A stretch of 64,000 bases of DNA from an uncultured delta proteobacterium. GTDB lineage: Bacteria; Myxococcota_A; Polyangia; Fen-1088. The position numbers and the translations under genes were made by a program. The notes beneath the pieces are model-generated. The model saw nothing but the letters and a program-made list of their open reading frames with translations. It ran no database searches and had not been told where the DNA came from. How positions within the stretch are numbered: the first letter of the stretch is position 1; each line of letters begins with the position of its first letter. Location of the stretch: positions 1,312,001 through 1,376,000 of the forward strand of contig CAVYGB010000010.1 of assembly GCA_963767925.1 (NCBI GenBank), in the 5' to 3' direction. This document shows, piece by piece, positions 53,779 through 63,443 of the stretch.

Positions 53779-55170
53779 ATGGCAAAGCGAACGGCAGAGA
53801 TGGATCGTCGGCGGTTCCTCCGGGGCGTCGGTGGAGTGGCTCTTGCGCTGCCCGCGCTGGAGGCCTTCACCTCCCGCAAGGCAATGGCCCAGGCGGCCGG
53901 CAAGACCTACGTGGCCTTCATGTGCGAGCAGAACGGGACCGTCCCGGAGCGCTTCTACCCGAAGTCGGTCGGGCCGCTGACCGCCGAGAGCATGATGGGC
54001 AGCGCGGTGGAGGATCTGATCCCCCACGCGCCCGACCTGATGGTCGTCCGGGGGATCAACTGGACCCACGGCAACGGCGTCGGCTGCGGCCACTCATCGG
54101 GCTGCAACACGGCGTTGACCGCCTCGCAGGCTCGGGGCTCGGGCAACCGGTCGCTGCCGAGGGGACCGTCGGCCGATCTCCGCATCGCGGAGATCCTCAA
54201 GCGAGACCCGCTCAACCTGTACGCCGGCAAGAAGAGCTCCTACCTCGGGGACGCCTTCGCCTACGACAACACCGGCAAGGTCCGCCCCGCCGACAACAAC
54301 CCGTTCAACGTCTACAGCCGGCTGACCGGCCTGGATCGGGCCATGGCCGCCACCCCCGGGATGGCGCCCCAGATCGCCAATCGGCAGAAGTCGATCAACG
54401 ACCTCGTGCGGGTGCAGCTCAACGACCTGCTCAAGCGGACCGACCTCAGCCGGGAGGACCGCCGCCGCCTCGACGTGCACCTGACCAGCGTGCGCGACCT
54501 GGAGATGGGGCTGACCCGCCCGACCGAGCCGGTGGGCCCCATCGGCAACGCCGAGATCGCCGCCCAGGTCATGCGGCTCAAGGACCAGCCCGACTCGGAC
54601 GCGAACATGGAAGAGGCCACCCGGGCCCAGCTCACCATCATCGCGCTGGCCTTCGCCACCGACCAGTCCCAGGTCGCCACCCTGCAGGTGGGCGGCGGCA
54701 ACTCCGCCATGAAGTACATGGTCGACGGCAAGCTCTCCCCCTCGCACCACTTCGTCTCGCACCACGTGCTGAGCGACGGGGCCAGCGGGACGCCCATCCC
54801 CAACGCCACCGACCTGCACTTCAAGATCACCCGCATCCACTCCCGCTTCTTCAAGCACTTCGTGGATCAGCTCAAGGCGTTCAAGACCGTCGACGGCCGC
54901 CCGCTGCTCGACGCGACCGGCGCCGTCTGGATGAACTCGCTGTCCAACGGCCCCCCTCACGGCACCAACAACGTGCCCCACGTCATCGCCGGCACCGCGA
55001 ACGGCTTCCTCAAGAAGGGCGTTCACATCGACGCCTCCGGCTCGCGCAACAGCCAGTTCCTCAACACGATGATCACCGCGGCAGTCGGCGGACGTTCGGC
55101 CGCCACCCCCGTGATGAACTTCGGCGACGCCGGCGTCCCCACGGGCTTCATCCCCGCCATGCTGGCCTGA
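53779..55170 (+). CDS. DUF1552-family protein with Tat signal
   Basis: DRRRFLRGVGGVALALPALE, DRRRLDVHLTSVRDLE, ALAFATD; canonical partner of DUF1592. Confidence 0.92.
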   Translation: MAKRTAEMDRRRFLRGVGGVALALPALEAFTSRKAMAQAAGKTYVAFMCEQNGTVPERFYPKSVGPLTAESMMGSAVEDLIPHAPDLMVVRGINWTHGNGVGCGHSSGCNTALTASQARGSGNRSLPRGPSADLRIAEILKRDPLNLYAGKKSSYLGDAFAYDNTGKVRPADNNPFNVYSRLTGLDRAMAATPGMAPQIANRQKSINDLVRVQLNDLLKRTDLSREDRRRLDVHLTSVRDLEMGLTRPTEPVGPIGNAEIAAQVMRLKDQPDSDANMEEATRAQLTIIALAFATDQSQVATLQVGGGNSAMKYMVDGKLSPSHHFVSHHVLSDGASGTPIPNATDLHFKITRIHSRFFKHFVDQLKAFKTVDGRPLLDATGAVWMNSLSNGPPHGTNNVPHVIAGTANGFLKKGVHIDASGSRNSQFLNTMITAAVGGRSAATPVMNFGDAGVPTGFIPAMLA

Positions 55171-55215
55171 CCGACCGAGGTCAGCACGCTGCCGGTCAAA
55201 CCGGGTAGCGACTCG

Positions 55216-55255
55216 ACAGGGTCCCACGCGAGAGCGTCGGACCCTGTTTCATTTT
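55216..55255 (+). terminator. Intrinsic terminator
   Basis: ACAGGGTCC...GGACCCTGT stem followed by TTCATTTT. Confidence 0.75.
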
Positions 55256-55292
55256 CCGGCCCCTTTTCCCGGCCCGTGCCGCGTGCGTGCGC

Positions 55293-56669
55293 TCAGCGGC
55301 GGGTGGGGGGTGGGGTGCGGCCGCGGCGTTTTGGGGGGGTGGGGGTGGGGTCGGGAGGGGGGGCGTCTTCTTCGGGGTCGCTCACGTCGGGGGGCGGGGG
55401 GACGGGGGTGGGCGGGGGCTTGATGCGCTCGACTTCGATGCTGGGGCGGCGGGGGGGGGCGGCGGCGAAGGCGGCCGGGGCCCGGAAGCGGAGGCGGCCG
55501 GTGACCGAGGCGAGGAAGGCGCCCAGGCCGAAGGTGCCGAGGGCGCCGGCGGCCATGAGGAGCTGGCGCCGCTCGACGGCCAGGCGGGAGATGGCGGCGA
55601 CGGCGGGGACGGTGGGCAGGGTCAGGCCGGCGCGGCGGCGGGGCTTGGGGGCGGCGCCCTCGACCTGGGGCTCGAGCAGCGAGCCCTCGCCGGGGAAATA
55701 CGAGGAGACGGTGTCGCCCAGCTCCCGGGGGTCGACGCCGCCGGCGCTGGCGACGAAGGCGTCGAGCTCCTGGCGCAGCTCATCGGCGCTGGCGTAGCGC
55801 CCGCTGCGGTCGCGCGCGAGGGCCTTCATGACGATGCGCTCGAGCTCCGGCGGGACGGCGGCGTAGTCGGAGGGCCGGGGGACGGGGTCCACCAGCAGGG
55901 CGTTCATGATGCGGTACTCGTCGGGGCGCACGAACAGACGGCGTCCGCACAGCAGCTCCCAGAGCACGATCCCCAGGCCGAACACGTCGACCCGGGCGTC
56001 GAGGGGGAGCCCCTTGACCTGCTCGGGGGCCATGTAGCCACTCTTGCCCTTGCGGGCGCCGGTCTTGGTGCGGGTGACCCGGCCCAGCGCCTGGGCGATG
56101 CCGAAGTCGATGACCTTCACCTGCCCGGTGAAGGAGATGAGGATGTTCTGGGGGGAGACGTCGCGGTGGACGATGTGCAGCGGCTTGCCGTCGGCGTCCT
56201 TGCAGCCGTGGGCGTAGTGCAGCCCCTGGGCGGCGCGGGAGATGATGTAGGCGGACATGCGGGCGTCCATGCGGCGCCCGGTGCGCTCGCCCCGGACCAT
56301 CGACGCCGAGAGCGCCCGCCCGTCGACCAGCTCGAGCACCAGCAGGCAACCGTTGGGCCCCTGGACGATCTCGTGCACCTTGGCCACGTTCGGGTGGTCG
56401 AGCACCGAGGCGATGCGCGCCTCGTCCATGAACATGTTGAGGAACTCGGCCTGGGCGGCCAGCTCTGGCAACGGTCGCTTGATCACGACCGGGCTGGCCG
56501 AGCCGTCCTTTTCGCGGCGCATGGCCACGAAGACCTCCGCCATCCCACCCGCGCCTACCCGCCTCAAGATGTGGAACCGCTCCGGGAAGGCGACGCGCGT
56601 CAGATCCGTCGGAGGCTCCATCTCACCCGCGACCGGCTTGCCGGCGGCGGGATCCATCGATTTTTTCAT
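55293..56669 (-). CDS. Hanks-type Ser/Thr protein kinase with TM segment
   Basis: VGAGGMAEV, VVIK, VHRDVSPQN, DFGIA, YMAPE. Confidence 0.95.
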   Translation of the reverse strand: MKKSMDPAAGKPVAGEMEPPTDLTRVAFPERFHILRRVGAGGMAEVFVAMRREKDGSASPVVIKRPLPELAAQAEFLNMFMDEARIASVLDHPNVAKVHEIVQGPNGCLLVLELVDGRALSASMVRGERTGRRMDARMSAYIISRAAQGLHYAHGCKDADGKPLHIVHRDVSPQNILISFTGQVKVIDFGIAQALGRVTRTKTGARKGKSGYMAPEQVKGLPLDARVDVFGLGIVLWELLCGRRLFVRPDEYRIMNALLVDPVPRPSDYAAVPPELERIVMKALARDRSGRYASADELRQELDAFVASAGGVDPRELGDTVSSYFPGEGSLLEPQVEGAAPKPRRRAGLTLPTVPAVAAISRLAVERRQLLMAAGALGTFGLGAFLASVTGRLRFRAPAAFAAAPPRRPSIEVERIKPPPTPVPPPPDVSDPEEDAPPPDPTPTPPKRRGRTPPPTRR

Positions 56670-56687
56670 GGCTCTGTTGTGTAGTTT

Positions 56688-56715
56688 ATTTTACATAACT
56701 TATTTCCATAAGACA
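56688..56715 (-). other. dif-like Xer recombination site candidate
   Basis: TGTCTTATGGA-AATAAG-TTATGTAAAAT. Right arm is 10/11 to the E. coli XerD arm TTATGTTAAAT; left arm is divergent. Confidence 0.4.
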
Positions 56716-56856
56716 GGGAGATTCGTACGCCAGGATGCTTCCGACTTTGCGATTGACCCTTTCGCGCCGCGGTCCTTAAATCGGCCCCCTCGGTGAGACA
56801 TCGGGGGCCAGGGTGGGCAGGACGGTGCGCGCGGGACGCCGCCTCAGGAGAGGGTC

Positions 56857-58092
56857 ATGGCTTTGAATCGACGCAGCTTCGTGGTTTCGGGCATGACGGC
56901 CGCTGCTTATGCGCGCATCGCCGGGGCCAACGATCGGATGCAGGTGGCCGTCGTCGGCCCGGGCAGCCACGGCGTCGGGCTGGTGCGGGGCTTCCAGCGG
57001 TTCGCCGGCGAGTTGAACGCCGAGCTGGTGGCGGTGTGCGACCTGTGGAGCAAGCGGCGCGACTCGACCGCCGCGCTGGTCAAGGAGCTGTCCGGGCGGG
57101 AGCCGGCTCGCCTCGGCCGCTACGAGGACGTGCTCGCCCGCACGGACCTCGACGGGGTCATCCTCGCGACGCCCGATCACCAGCACGCCCGCCAGCTCAT
57201 CCAGGCGATCCGGGCAGGCAAGGACGTGTACTGCGAAAAGCCGATGGGCAACGTGCTGTCGGAGGTGAAGGCCGCCTACCGGGCGGCGAAGGCCTCCCGG
57301 CAGGTGGTCCAGCTCGGCACCCAGGCCATGAGCAATGGCAACTACCAGGCCGCGCGCGAGGTCGTGCGCTCGGGCCGGCTGGGCGCCATCACCCGCGTCT
57401 CGCACGAGGGCAGCTTCAACGGTCCCCGCTGGCGCCCCCTGCCGGCGGTCAAGGAGATCCGCGAGCAGGACACCGACTGGAAGGCCTGGCTGATGGGGCG
57501 GCGCCAGCGCGCCTTCGACCCGCAGCTCTACTTCGAGTTTCGCCTGTACCGGGAGTTCTCCAACGGCATCGCCGACCAGTGGCTCACCCACGCGGTGGCC
57601 GGCGTCCACCACATCATGGACGACCCCTTCCCGGTCAGCGTGACCGCGCACGGCGGCGTCATGCTCCACAAGGACGGGCGCGAGAACCCCGACACCTTCC
57701 ACGCCACCTTCCTCTATCCCAAGGGGTTCCTCTTCGACTATTCGGCGATGTTCGGCAACGACTACCCCGGCCACATCCGCTACTACGGCCAGAACGGGAC
57801 CATCGAGCGCGGCGCGGGCGAGAACCCGGGCTACCTGGTCAAGGGGCTGGGCGGGGGCACCCGCCCGGAGCGGCTGAAGGAGGAGACCGCCTTGAAGCCG
57901 CTCAACCCGACGCACCACATGCGCAACTGGCTCGACTGCATGCGCACGCGCAAGACGCCGAACGCCGACCTGCTCAGCGGCTACGGGCACTCGGTCGTGT
58001 CGATGATGGCGGCGCGCGCCGAGATCTCGGGCAAGCGGATCTACTGGGACGCGAAACGGGAAGAGATTGTCGACCGGCCCGTAGCGTCGTAA
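56857..58092 (+). CDS. Gfo/Idh/MocA oxidoreductase with Tat signal
   Basis: NRRSFV, GANDRMQVAVVG, ATPDHQH, GKDVYCEKP; GGAG RBS. Confidence 0.93.
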   Translation: MALNRRSFVVSGMTAAAYARIAGANDRMQVAVVGPGSHGVGLVRGFQRFAGELNAELVAVCDLWSKRRDSTAALVKELSGREPARLGRYEDVLARTDLDGVILATPDHQHARQLIQAIRAGKDVYCEKPMGNVLSEVKAAYRAAKASRQVVQLGTQAMSNGNYQAAREVVRSGRLGAITRVSHEGSFNGPRWRPLPAVKEIREQDTDWKAWLMGRRQRAFDPQLYFEFRLYREFSNGIADQWLTHAVAGVHHIMDDPFPVSVTAHGGVMLHKDGRENPDTFHATFLYPKGFLFDYSAMFGNDYPGHIRYYGQNGTIERGAGENPGYLVKGLGGGTRPERLKEETALKPLNPTHHMRNWLDCMRTRKTPNADLLSGYGHSVVSMMAARAEISGKRIYWDAKREEIVDRPVAS

Positions 58093-58174
58093 GAGAAAGC
58101 CCCCACCCGGCAACCCGACGCCCCCGGCGGCGAGTAGACTTTGACCCCGCCAGCGGCAGGGACCGCCTGCACCC

Positions 58175-59803
58175 GTGACGTCCACAATAGAAGAAAATAA
58201 GAAGGCCCTCGTCTACCACCCCACCCAGGCCGACCTGCCGGCCGGGCCCGTGGTGGGGGCGCGCTGGGGGATCGTGCTCTTCACGCTGGCGCTGGCGGCG
58301 GCGCTGGGGCTGACCCTGTCGAGCCTGCCCCAGGGGGCGGTGGCGGCGGTGGTGCAGGGCGGGCCAGTCAAGCCCACGAGCTGGTTCGACCACGGGGCGG
58401 TGGCGCTGCTGTCGCTGATGGGGGCCTCGGCCCTGGGGCTGTACGCCTATCTGTTCCTGCCCCGCGCCGCCACCAACTTCCGCCGCATGCTGCTGCTGGC
58501 CCTGGTGGTGCTGGCCTGGTTGATGGTAGCCAAGCTGTTCCTGGCGGTCACCCTGCCCGACCACAACCGCCGCTACCTGGCCTTCATGTTGCCGATGGCC
58601 GCCGCCCCCATGCTGGTGGCGGTCCTGCTCGACCTGGGGCTGGGGCTGGTGGTGACCCTCGTGCTGGGGTTGCTCACCACCTACCTGGGCTTCTCCCGGC
58701 TCGACCCGGGGCTGTCGCTGCAGCTCCCGCGCGACGTGCTGCAGATGGCGACGGTGTTCCTGCTGGGGGGCGTGGCGGGGGTCTTCGTGGTCAAGCGGGC
58801 CGAGCGGGCCAGCCGCTACCTGATGGCCGGAGCCTCGGTCGCGGGGGTCACCTTCGCCTCCCTTCTGACCTTCTGGCTGATGTCGAGCGACCGGCGGGCC
58901 ATGGACCTCCTGTGGATGTTCTCGGCCAGCAGCCTCGGCGGCGTGCTGTCGGCGGTGGTCGGGATGGGGGCGGGCAGCATCGTGGGGCCGATCTTCGGCA
59001 TCACAACCCGCATCCAGCTCATGGCGCTGGCTCAGCTCAACCACCCGCTGCTGCGGCGGCTGCAGGAGGAGGCGCCGGGGACCTTCCACCACAGCGTCAT
59101 CGTGGGCAACCTGGCCGAGCGCGCGGCCGACCTGATCGACGCCGACGCCCTGCTGGTGCGGGCGGGCTGCTACTTTCACGACATCGGCAAGCTGGTCAAG
59201 CCGTCTTATTACATCGAGAACCAGCGAGACGGCGACAGCCCCTACGACCAGCTCAGCCCCCAGGCCAGCGCCCGCCTGGTGATCGAACACGTCTCGGCCG
59301 GCATGGACCTGGCGAAGCGGCACAGCGTGCCCGAACGGGTGCGGGCCTTCATCCCCGAGCACCACGGCACCCGGCTGGTGACCTACTTCTTCCGCAAGGC
59401 CTTCTCCGCCGACCCCAACGTCGACTCGGAGCCTTTCCGCTACCTCGGCCCCAAGCCGCAGAGCCGGGAGACGGCCATCGTGATGCTGGCCGATTCGGTG
59501 GAGGCGGTGGTGCGGTCGAGCCACGACCGGTCGCCGGGGCGGATCGAGGCGCTGGTCCAGGCGGTCATCGGCGAGCGGGCCGCCGAGGGCCAGCTCGAGC
59601 AGTGTGAGCTGACGCTGCGGGACCTCAAGACCATCCGCGATTCGTTCATCGCCACCCTGCGCGGGGTGTACCACGCCCGCATCGAATACCCCGCCCCCTC
59701 GGCGGCCGAGCAGAGCGTTGTGGCCGCCCTCATGAGCGCCCCCCCTCCCCTCCCCCGTCCCATGGACGGCACCGCGCCCCCCGAAGAAGCCAACCCCGCC
59801 TGA
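58175..59803 (+). CDS. 7TM-HD (HDIG) phosphohydrolase, PgpH-like
   Basis: Multiple TMs, then HPLLRRL.EEAPGTFHHS, YFHDIGK, HV..G, EHHGT, MLADSVEA. Confidence 0.9.
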   Translation: MTSTIEENKKALVYHPTQADLPAGPVVGARWGIVLFTLALAAALGLTLSSLPQGAVAAVVQGGPVKPTSWFDHGAVALLSLMGASALGLYAYLFLPRAATNFRRMLLLALVVLAWLMVAKLFLAVTLPDHNRRYLAFMLPMAAAPMLVAVLLDLGLGLVVTLVLGLLTTYLGFSRLDPGLSLQLPRDVLQMATVFLLGGVAGVFVVKRAERASRYLMAGASVAGVTFASLLTFWLMSSDRRAMDLLWMFSASSLGGVLSAVVGMGAGSIVGPIFGITTRIQLMALAQLNHPLLRRLQEEAPGTFHHSVIVGNLAERAADLIDADALLVRAGCYFHDIGKLVKPSYYIENQRDGDSPYDQLSPQASARLVIEHVSAGMDLAKRHSVPERVRAFIPEHHGTRLVTYFFRKAFSADPNVDSEPFRYLGPKPQSRETAIVMLADSVEAVVRSSHDRSPGRIEALVQAVIGERAAEGQLEQCELTLRDLKTIRDSFIATLRGVYHARIEYPAPSAAEQSVVAALMSAPPPLPRPMDGTAPPEEANPA

Positions 59804-59804
59804 G

Positions 59805-60054
59805 TCACAGGCAGGCGGGTGCCCCGGCGTCGGGAAGAGTGACGAAGGCCAGGGTGCGGGGCGGGTGGACGCAGCCCCGGATGGGCACCACCCGCACCTC
59901 GGTGCCGGCGTGGAGCGGCGCCAGCAGCGGGTGGGCGCAGTCCGGGGCGAACAGGGTTATCGGGTGCCGCCCGGGCAGGGGCCTCGACGACGGTGCGCGC
60001 CCGCGTGCCGTGCCCCCGCCCCTCGCCCGACAAGACGTAGAAGATGGTCGCCAG
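59805..60054 (-). pseudogene. Glycosyltransferase (MJ1255/VC2487-like) N-terminal remnant
   Basis: ATIFYVLSGEGRGHGTRARTVVEA, then +1 shift, then LPGRHPITLFAP...VRVVPI. CTG in place of a start codon; truncated at about 80 codons. Confidence 0.65.
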
Positions 60055-60269
60055 GTGGTGCCCCCTTTTCCACCACGATGGCAACCCCAGGTGTCCGGAC
60101 GGGTTCGATGGACCGCCGTTGCCGCGCCAGTCCGGTAACAGCCTGTCCGGACGATGAACGCTCGACGACGACCGATCGCGGGACGGGCCGGTCCCGTTAC
60201 CGGCCCGCCACGGGTCCGTCGCGATCCGCTCCGCCCGGCCGGGGCGTCACGGCGGCGAGGCAGGGGCGA

Positions 60270-61547
60270 TCAGAAGCCGTACTGAACGCCGAAGGAGGCT
60301 TCGGCGACGGCCAGCAGGTTGGGGGCGCCGACCAGAACGCGCACGGCGGGGGACAAGGTGAGGTGCGAGCCAGCCCGGATCAGGAGGGCGGCCCCTGGCC
60401 CGAAGACCAGCGGCCCGCCGTCGACCGTGTCGCTCGAGTTCAGCATGGCCCGGGGCACCGGGGCCACCTTGAGGCGGAAGCCGGAGCCGCCGCCGATGGC
60501 GGCGGTGCCGACGAGCTGCATGCTCTCGCGCTCCCAGAGCTGGTAGTAGACCGAGGCCAAAACGGCGTGGGCGGTCCGGGGGGGCGGGCCCACCACCGTC
60601 GCGTCGGGGCCGCCGCTGGGGCGGATGTACTGGTGGCGGCTCTGGAGCGAGACGGCGAGGCCAGGGCGGATCTGGTAGCCGAGCTCCGGCATCACGTGCA
60701 GCAGGCCTCCGAACAGGGGGCCGGCCTTGACCACCCGGTTGGTGTGGTGCTCGAGGGGGCGCGAGCCGGTCGCGCCGACGCCCGTCCCCAGGCCCAGGCC
60801 GATCCAGAAGCTGCCGGCGCCTCGCTGCGTGCTCGGCGCGGCGGCGGCGAGCTGCGCGTCTTCCCCGGCGAGCCCGGGTGGGTCCTCGGTCGTCGTCTCG
60901 GTGGTCTCCGTCGCCTCCGTCGCCTCCGTCGTCTCGGTGGTCTCCGTGGTGGTCTCCGTCGCCTCGGTGGCGCTGGCGGCGGCCAGCGTCCTTCCGGCGG
61001 GGTCCTCGGTGGGGACGGGCTCCGAGACGGGGTCGAGCTCCTCCTTGGGCTTGGCCTGGGCGACCGGCTCGGGGGCCTCGGCGGCCAGCGCCGGTGGAGG
61101 AGCGGGCGGGCGGGTTCGCTGCATCCGGCGGTGGACGGCCAGCATCGTGCGGCGGACCTTGGCGGTGGCGAGGGCCCGGGGCGGGCGCACGTCGGGCGCG
61201 ATCTGGTAGGCCAGCGCGAAGCAGTTCATCGCCTCCCGGGGCTGCCGCAGGGCCAGGTGCACGGCGCCGAGGTTGACGTAGGTGCGGGCCACCGCCCGGT
61301 GCCCGGTGATGCCGCTGTCCTCGGCGATGACCAGCGCGCCGACCAGGTAGCGGCGGGCGGTCTGGGCCTTGCGGCCCCGGTAGGCGGCGAGCGCCTTGCC
61401 GTTGAGGGCGTCGATCTGGGCGACGACCTTCTCCGAGGCGGCGGCCTCCCGGGGAGCGGCCACGACCGCCAAGAAGCTGACCACGAAGGTGAGCACGGCG
61501 GTCAGCACGAGGCAGTTCGGAGCGAGTCGGTGTAGCCAGCGGGACAT
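60270..61547 (-). CDS. Secreted hypothetical protein: TPR-like N-terminus, acidic linker, beta-barrel-like C-terminus
   Basis: AAGGAGG RBS; ARTYVNLGAV; ends SFGVQYGF (beta-signal-like). Confidence 0.7.
   Translation of the reverse strand: MSRWLHRLAPNCLVLTAVLTFVVSFLAVVAAPREAAASEKVVAQIDALNGKALAAYRGRKAQTARRYLVGALVIAEDSGITGHRAVARTYVNLGAVHLALRQPREAMNCFALAYQIAPDVRPPRALATAKVRRTMLAVHRRMQRTRPPAPPPALAAEAPEPVAQAKPKEELDPVSEPVPTEDPAGRTLAAASATEATETTTETTETTEATEATETTETTTEDPPGLAGEDAQLAAAAPSTQRGAGSFWIGLGLGTGVGATGSRPLEHHTNRVVKAGPLFGGLLHVMPELGYQIRPGLAVSLQSRHQYIRPSGGPDATVVGPPPRTAHAVLASVYYQLWERESMQLVGTAAIGGGSGFRLKVAPVPRAMLNSSDTVDGGPLVFGPGAALLIRAGSHLTLSPAVRVLVGAPNLLAVAEASFGVQYGF
60885..60970. repeat. Coding imperfect 9-bp repeats (ATE/TTE linker)
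   Basis: Encodes ATEATETTTETTETTEATEATETTETTTE. Confidence 0.85.
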
Positions 61548-61675
61548 GTGCCCTCCTTGTCCGGGAGCCAGTCCCGCTACTAGACCACACGCTCGAGAAA
61601 AAGGGTGATCTCGCGCCCGCGTGAAGCGGGCCGTCGTCCGGCAGGGCCATTTTCTGCGGGTTCCCACCGGTTTTG

Positions 61676-61800
61676 CCTCTCCCGCTTGCGGGTGAGGGCG
61701 GCGCGTCTGCGCGCCGGGTGAGGGCGCCCGCCTGGGCCGAGGCGACCTCCCCTCACCCATTCCCTCTCCCCAGGGCCGCGGACGGCCGCGGGGAGAGGGC
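61676..61800. repeat. REP-like element cluster
   Basis: GGCGCGTCTGCGCGCCGGGTGAGGG is the reverse complement of 8529-8553; CCCTCACCC...CCCTCTCCCC...GCGGGGAGAGGG at 61750-61799. Confidence 0.8.
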
Positions 61801-61865
61801 AAACGGGCAGCGGGGGGGCTGACTCCGCGACCTTGCGCTCCGGCGGGGGGCGAAGGGTGCGGCGG

Positions 61866-62723
61866 TCAGGCGCGGGCGCTGTCGCCGGATGGGGGGGACG
61901 GGGGGGTGGCGGCGGGGAGGAGGCGGTCGGCGATCCAGGTCTTCCAGATCGGCTCCTGCTCGGCGACGAGGGCGCGAGCCTGCGGGCCGTAGAAGAACAG
62001 CCGCATGGTCAGGAAGACCTGGCCACCCATGGGGAGGGCGAACAGGTGGGCGATGCCGGGGCCCGGGCGATCGAGGCGCAGGAAGAGCATCTCCGGATGG
62101 GTGGCGGCCTCGCCCACCTCCTCGACCACCCCGGACAGCGGAGGGGCCCCGGCGGGGCTGGTCACGCGCGCGCCCTTGCCCGCGCCTTTCACGCCGAGCA
62201 GACCGGTGAGGGTCTGCCAGGCCTTGTCCTTCGGCCCGGGGACGCTGGGCAGGAACTGCGCCGACGCCGAGGGCTGGCCGGGGAAGGCGGTGAGGTAAAG
62301 GTGCAGGATCTGGAAGAAGCCCTTCCACCCGTAGCTGTGCTGCTCGAACTGATCGTCCCACTTGTCGCTGTCGGTCTTCCAGCTATGGACGACGCGCACG
62401 ACGCAGATGCCGCCCGAGCGGGCCTCGACGACCCACTCGGTGGCCACCGTGGGGCTCTCCGGACCCATGTCGTCTGCGCTCTCGGCCACGAAGCGGTGGG
62501 GCGGGCTCCAGACGGTGATGGTGGCGGTCGCTTCCATCCCGGGCCCGAACCCGAAGTCGGCCCGGGTCGTGCCCCCTGCCCGCCCGTCGACGGTGCTGGG
62601 CACGAACCAGGAGGAGATCCCCGGTCCGGTGGCGATGGCCTTCCAGACCTCCTCGGGCGTACCGGGGACTTCCACCTCCGTCTGGACGTAGCGCCGTCCA
62701 GACTCGTCGCGTTTCACTGGCAT
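61866..62723 (-). CDS. SRPBCC/AHSA1-domain protein
   Basis: EVEVPGTPEEVWKAIATGPGISSWF, WSPPHRF, GWKGFFQIL; AAGGAG RBS. Confidence 0.88.
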   Translation of the reverse strand: MPVKRDESGRRYVQTEVEVPGTPEEVWKAIATGPGISSWFVPSTVDGRAGGTTRADFGFGPGMEATATITVWSPPHRFVAESADDMGPESPTVATEWVVEARSGGICVVRVVHSWKTDSDKWDDQFEQHSYGWKGFFQILHLYLTAFPGQPSASAQFLPSVPGPKDKAWQTLTGLLGVKGAGKGARVTSPAGAPPLSGVVEEVGEAATHPEMLFLRLDRPGPGIAHLFALPMGGQVFLTMRLFFYGPQARALVAEQEPIWKTWIADRLLPAATPPSPPSGDSARA

Positions 62724-63322
62724 GATGGCTCCTTTCCTTGGGCTTGCTGGGGCAGCGGATGCCCCACGATCACGATCCGGTAGCTGCGGCCGTCGGCGGC
62801 CGCCTCGTCGTGGTAGCGGGCGACAAGGTCGGTCACCGCGCGGGTCAGATCGCTGGCGAAGGCGGCGCGGTCATCGGGCGACTTGAAGCGCACGGCGGTG
62901 TCGATCGACAGGGTCGGCGCCGCCCGGCCGGCGGCCCGGGCCCGCCGCACGAGATCGCCCACCTCCCGGATCACCCGGGCGGCCAGGGCGATGAGGTACG
63001 AGGCAGACAGCGTGTCGCCGCCCCGGCCGGGGTCGCTCCCCACCTGCCCCATGGCGTCGGGCGAGATGACGAACGACGCGGCGGAGGCGACGAGCCGGCG
63101 CTCGGTCAGCCCGCCCCACTTCCGCTCCTCGACCACCCGAACCAGGCCGTGCTTCTCCAGCTCGCGCAGGTGGTAGTTCAGCTTCTGGCGGGCGATCCCC
63201 AGACGGACCGCCAGCGCCGCCGCCGACGCCGGCTGCGACAGCTCCGCCAGCAGCCGGCTGCGCACCGGATCCAGGGCAACCGTCGCCGCGACTGGATCCG
63301 CGATGACCTCGACCTCATCCAT
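62714..63322 (-). CDS. ArsR-like winged-helix regulator
   Basis: ALDPVRSRLL, RQKLNYHLRELEKHGLV, SASYLIALAAR; overlaps the SRPBCC start. Confidence 0.88.
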   Translation of the reverse strand: MDEVEVIADPVAATVALDPVRSRLLAELSQPASAAALAVRLGIARQKLNYHLRELEKHGLVRVVEERKWGGLTERRLVASAASFVISPDAMGQVGSDPGRGGDTLSASYLIALAARVIREVGDLVRRARAAGRAAPTLSIDTAVRFKSPDDRAAFASDLTRAVTDLVARYHDEAAADGRSYRIVIVGHPLPQQAQGKEPSCQ

Positions 63323-63337
63323 GCCCCAGATCTGCCA

Positions 63338-63357
63338 TTGACAACTATTTTTGTCAA
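63338..63357. promoter_or_regulatory. Palindromic operator containing a TTGACA -35 box
   Basis: TTGACAA-CTATTT-TTGTCAA, 15 nt upstream of the regulator ATG. Confidence 0.78.
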
Positions 63358-63443
63358 GGCACCCGCGCGGGGGCCAACCTTGGAGAAAAACCTCAATCAT
63401 GACGGATACATCCGGAGACGAACCGCGATTCCCATGGAGAATC

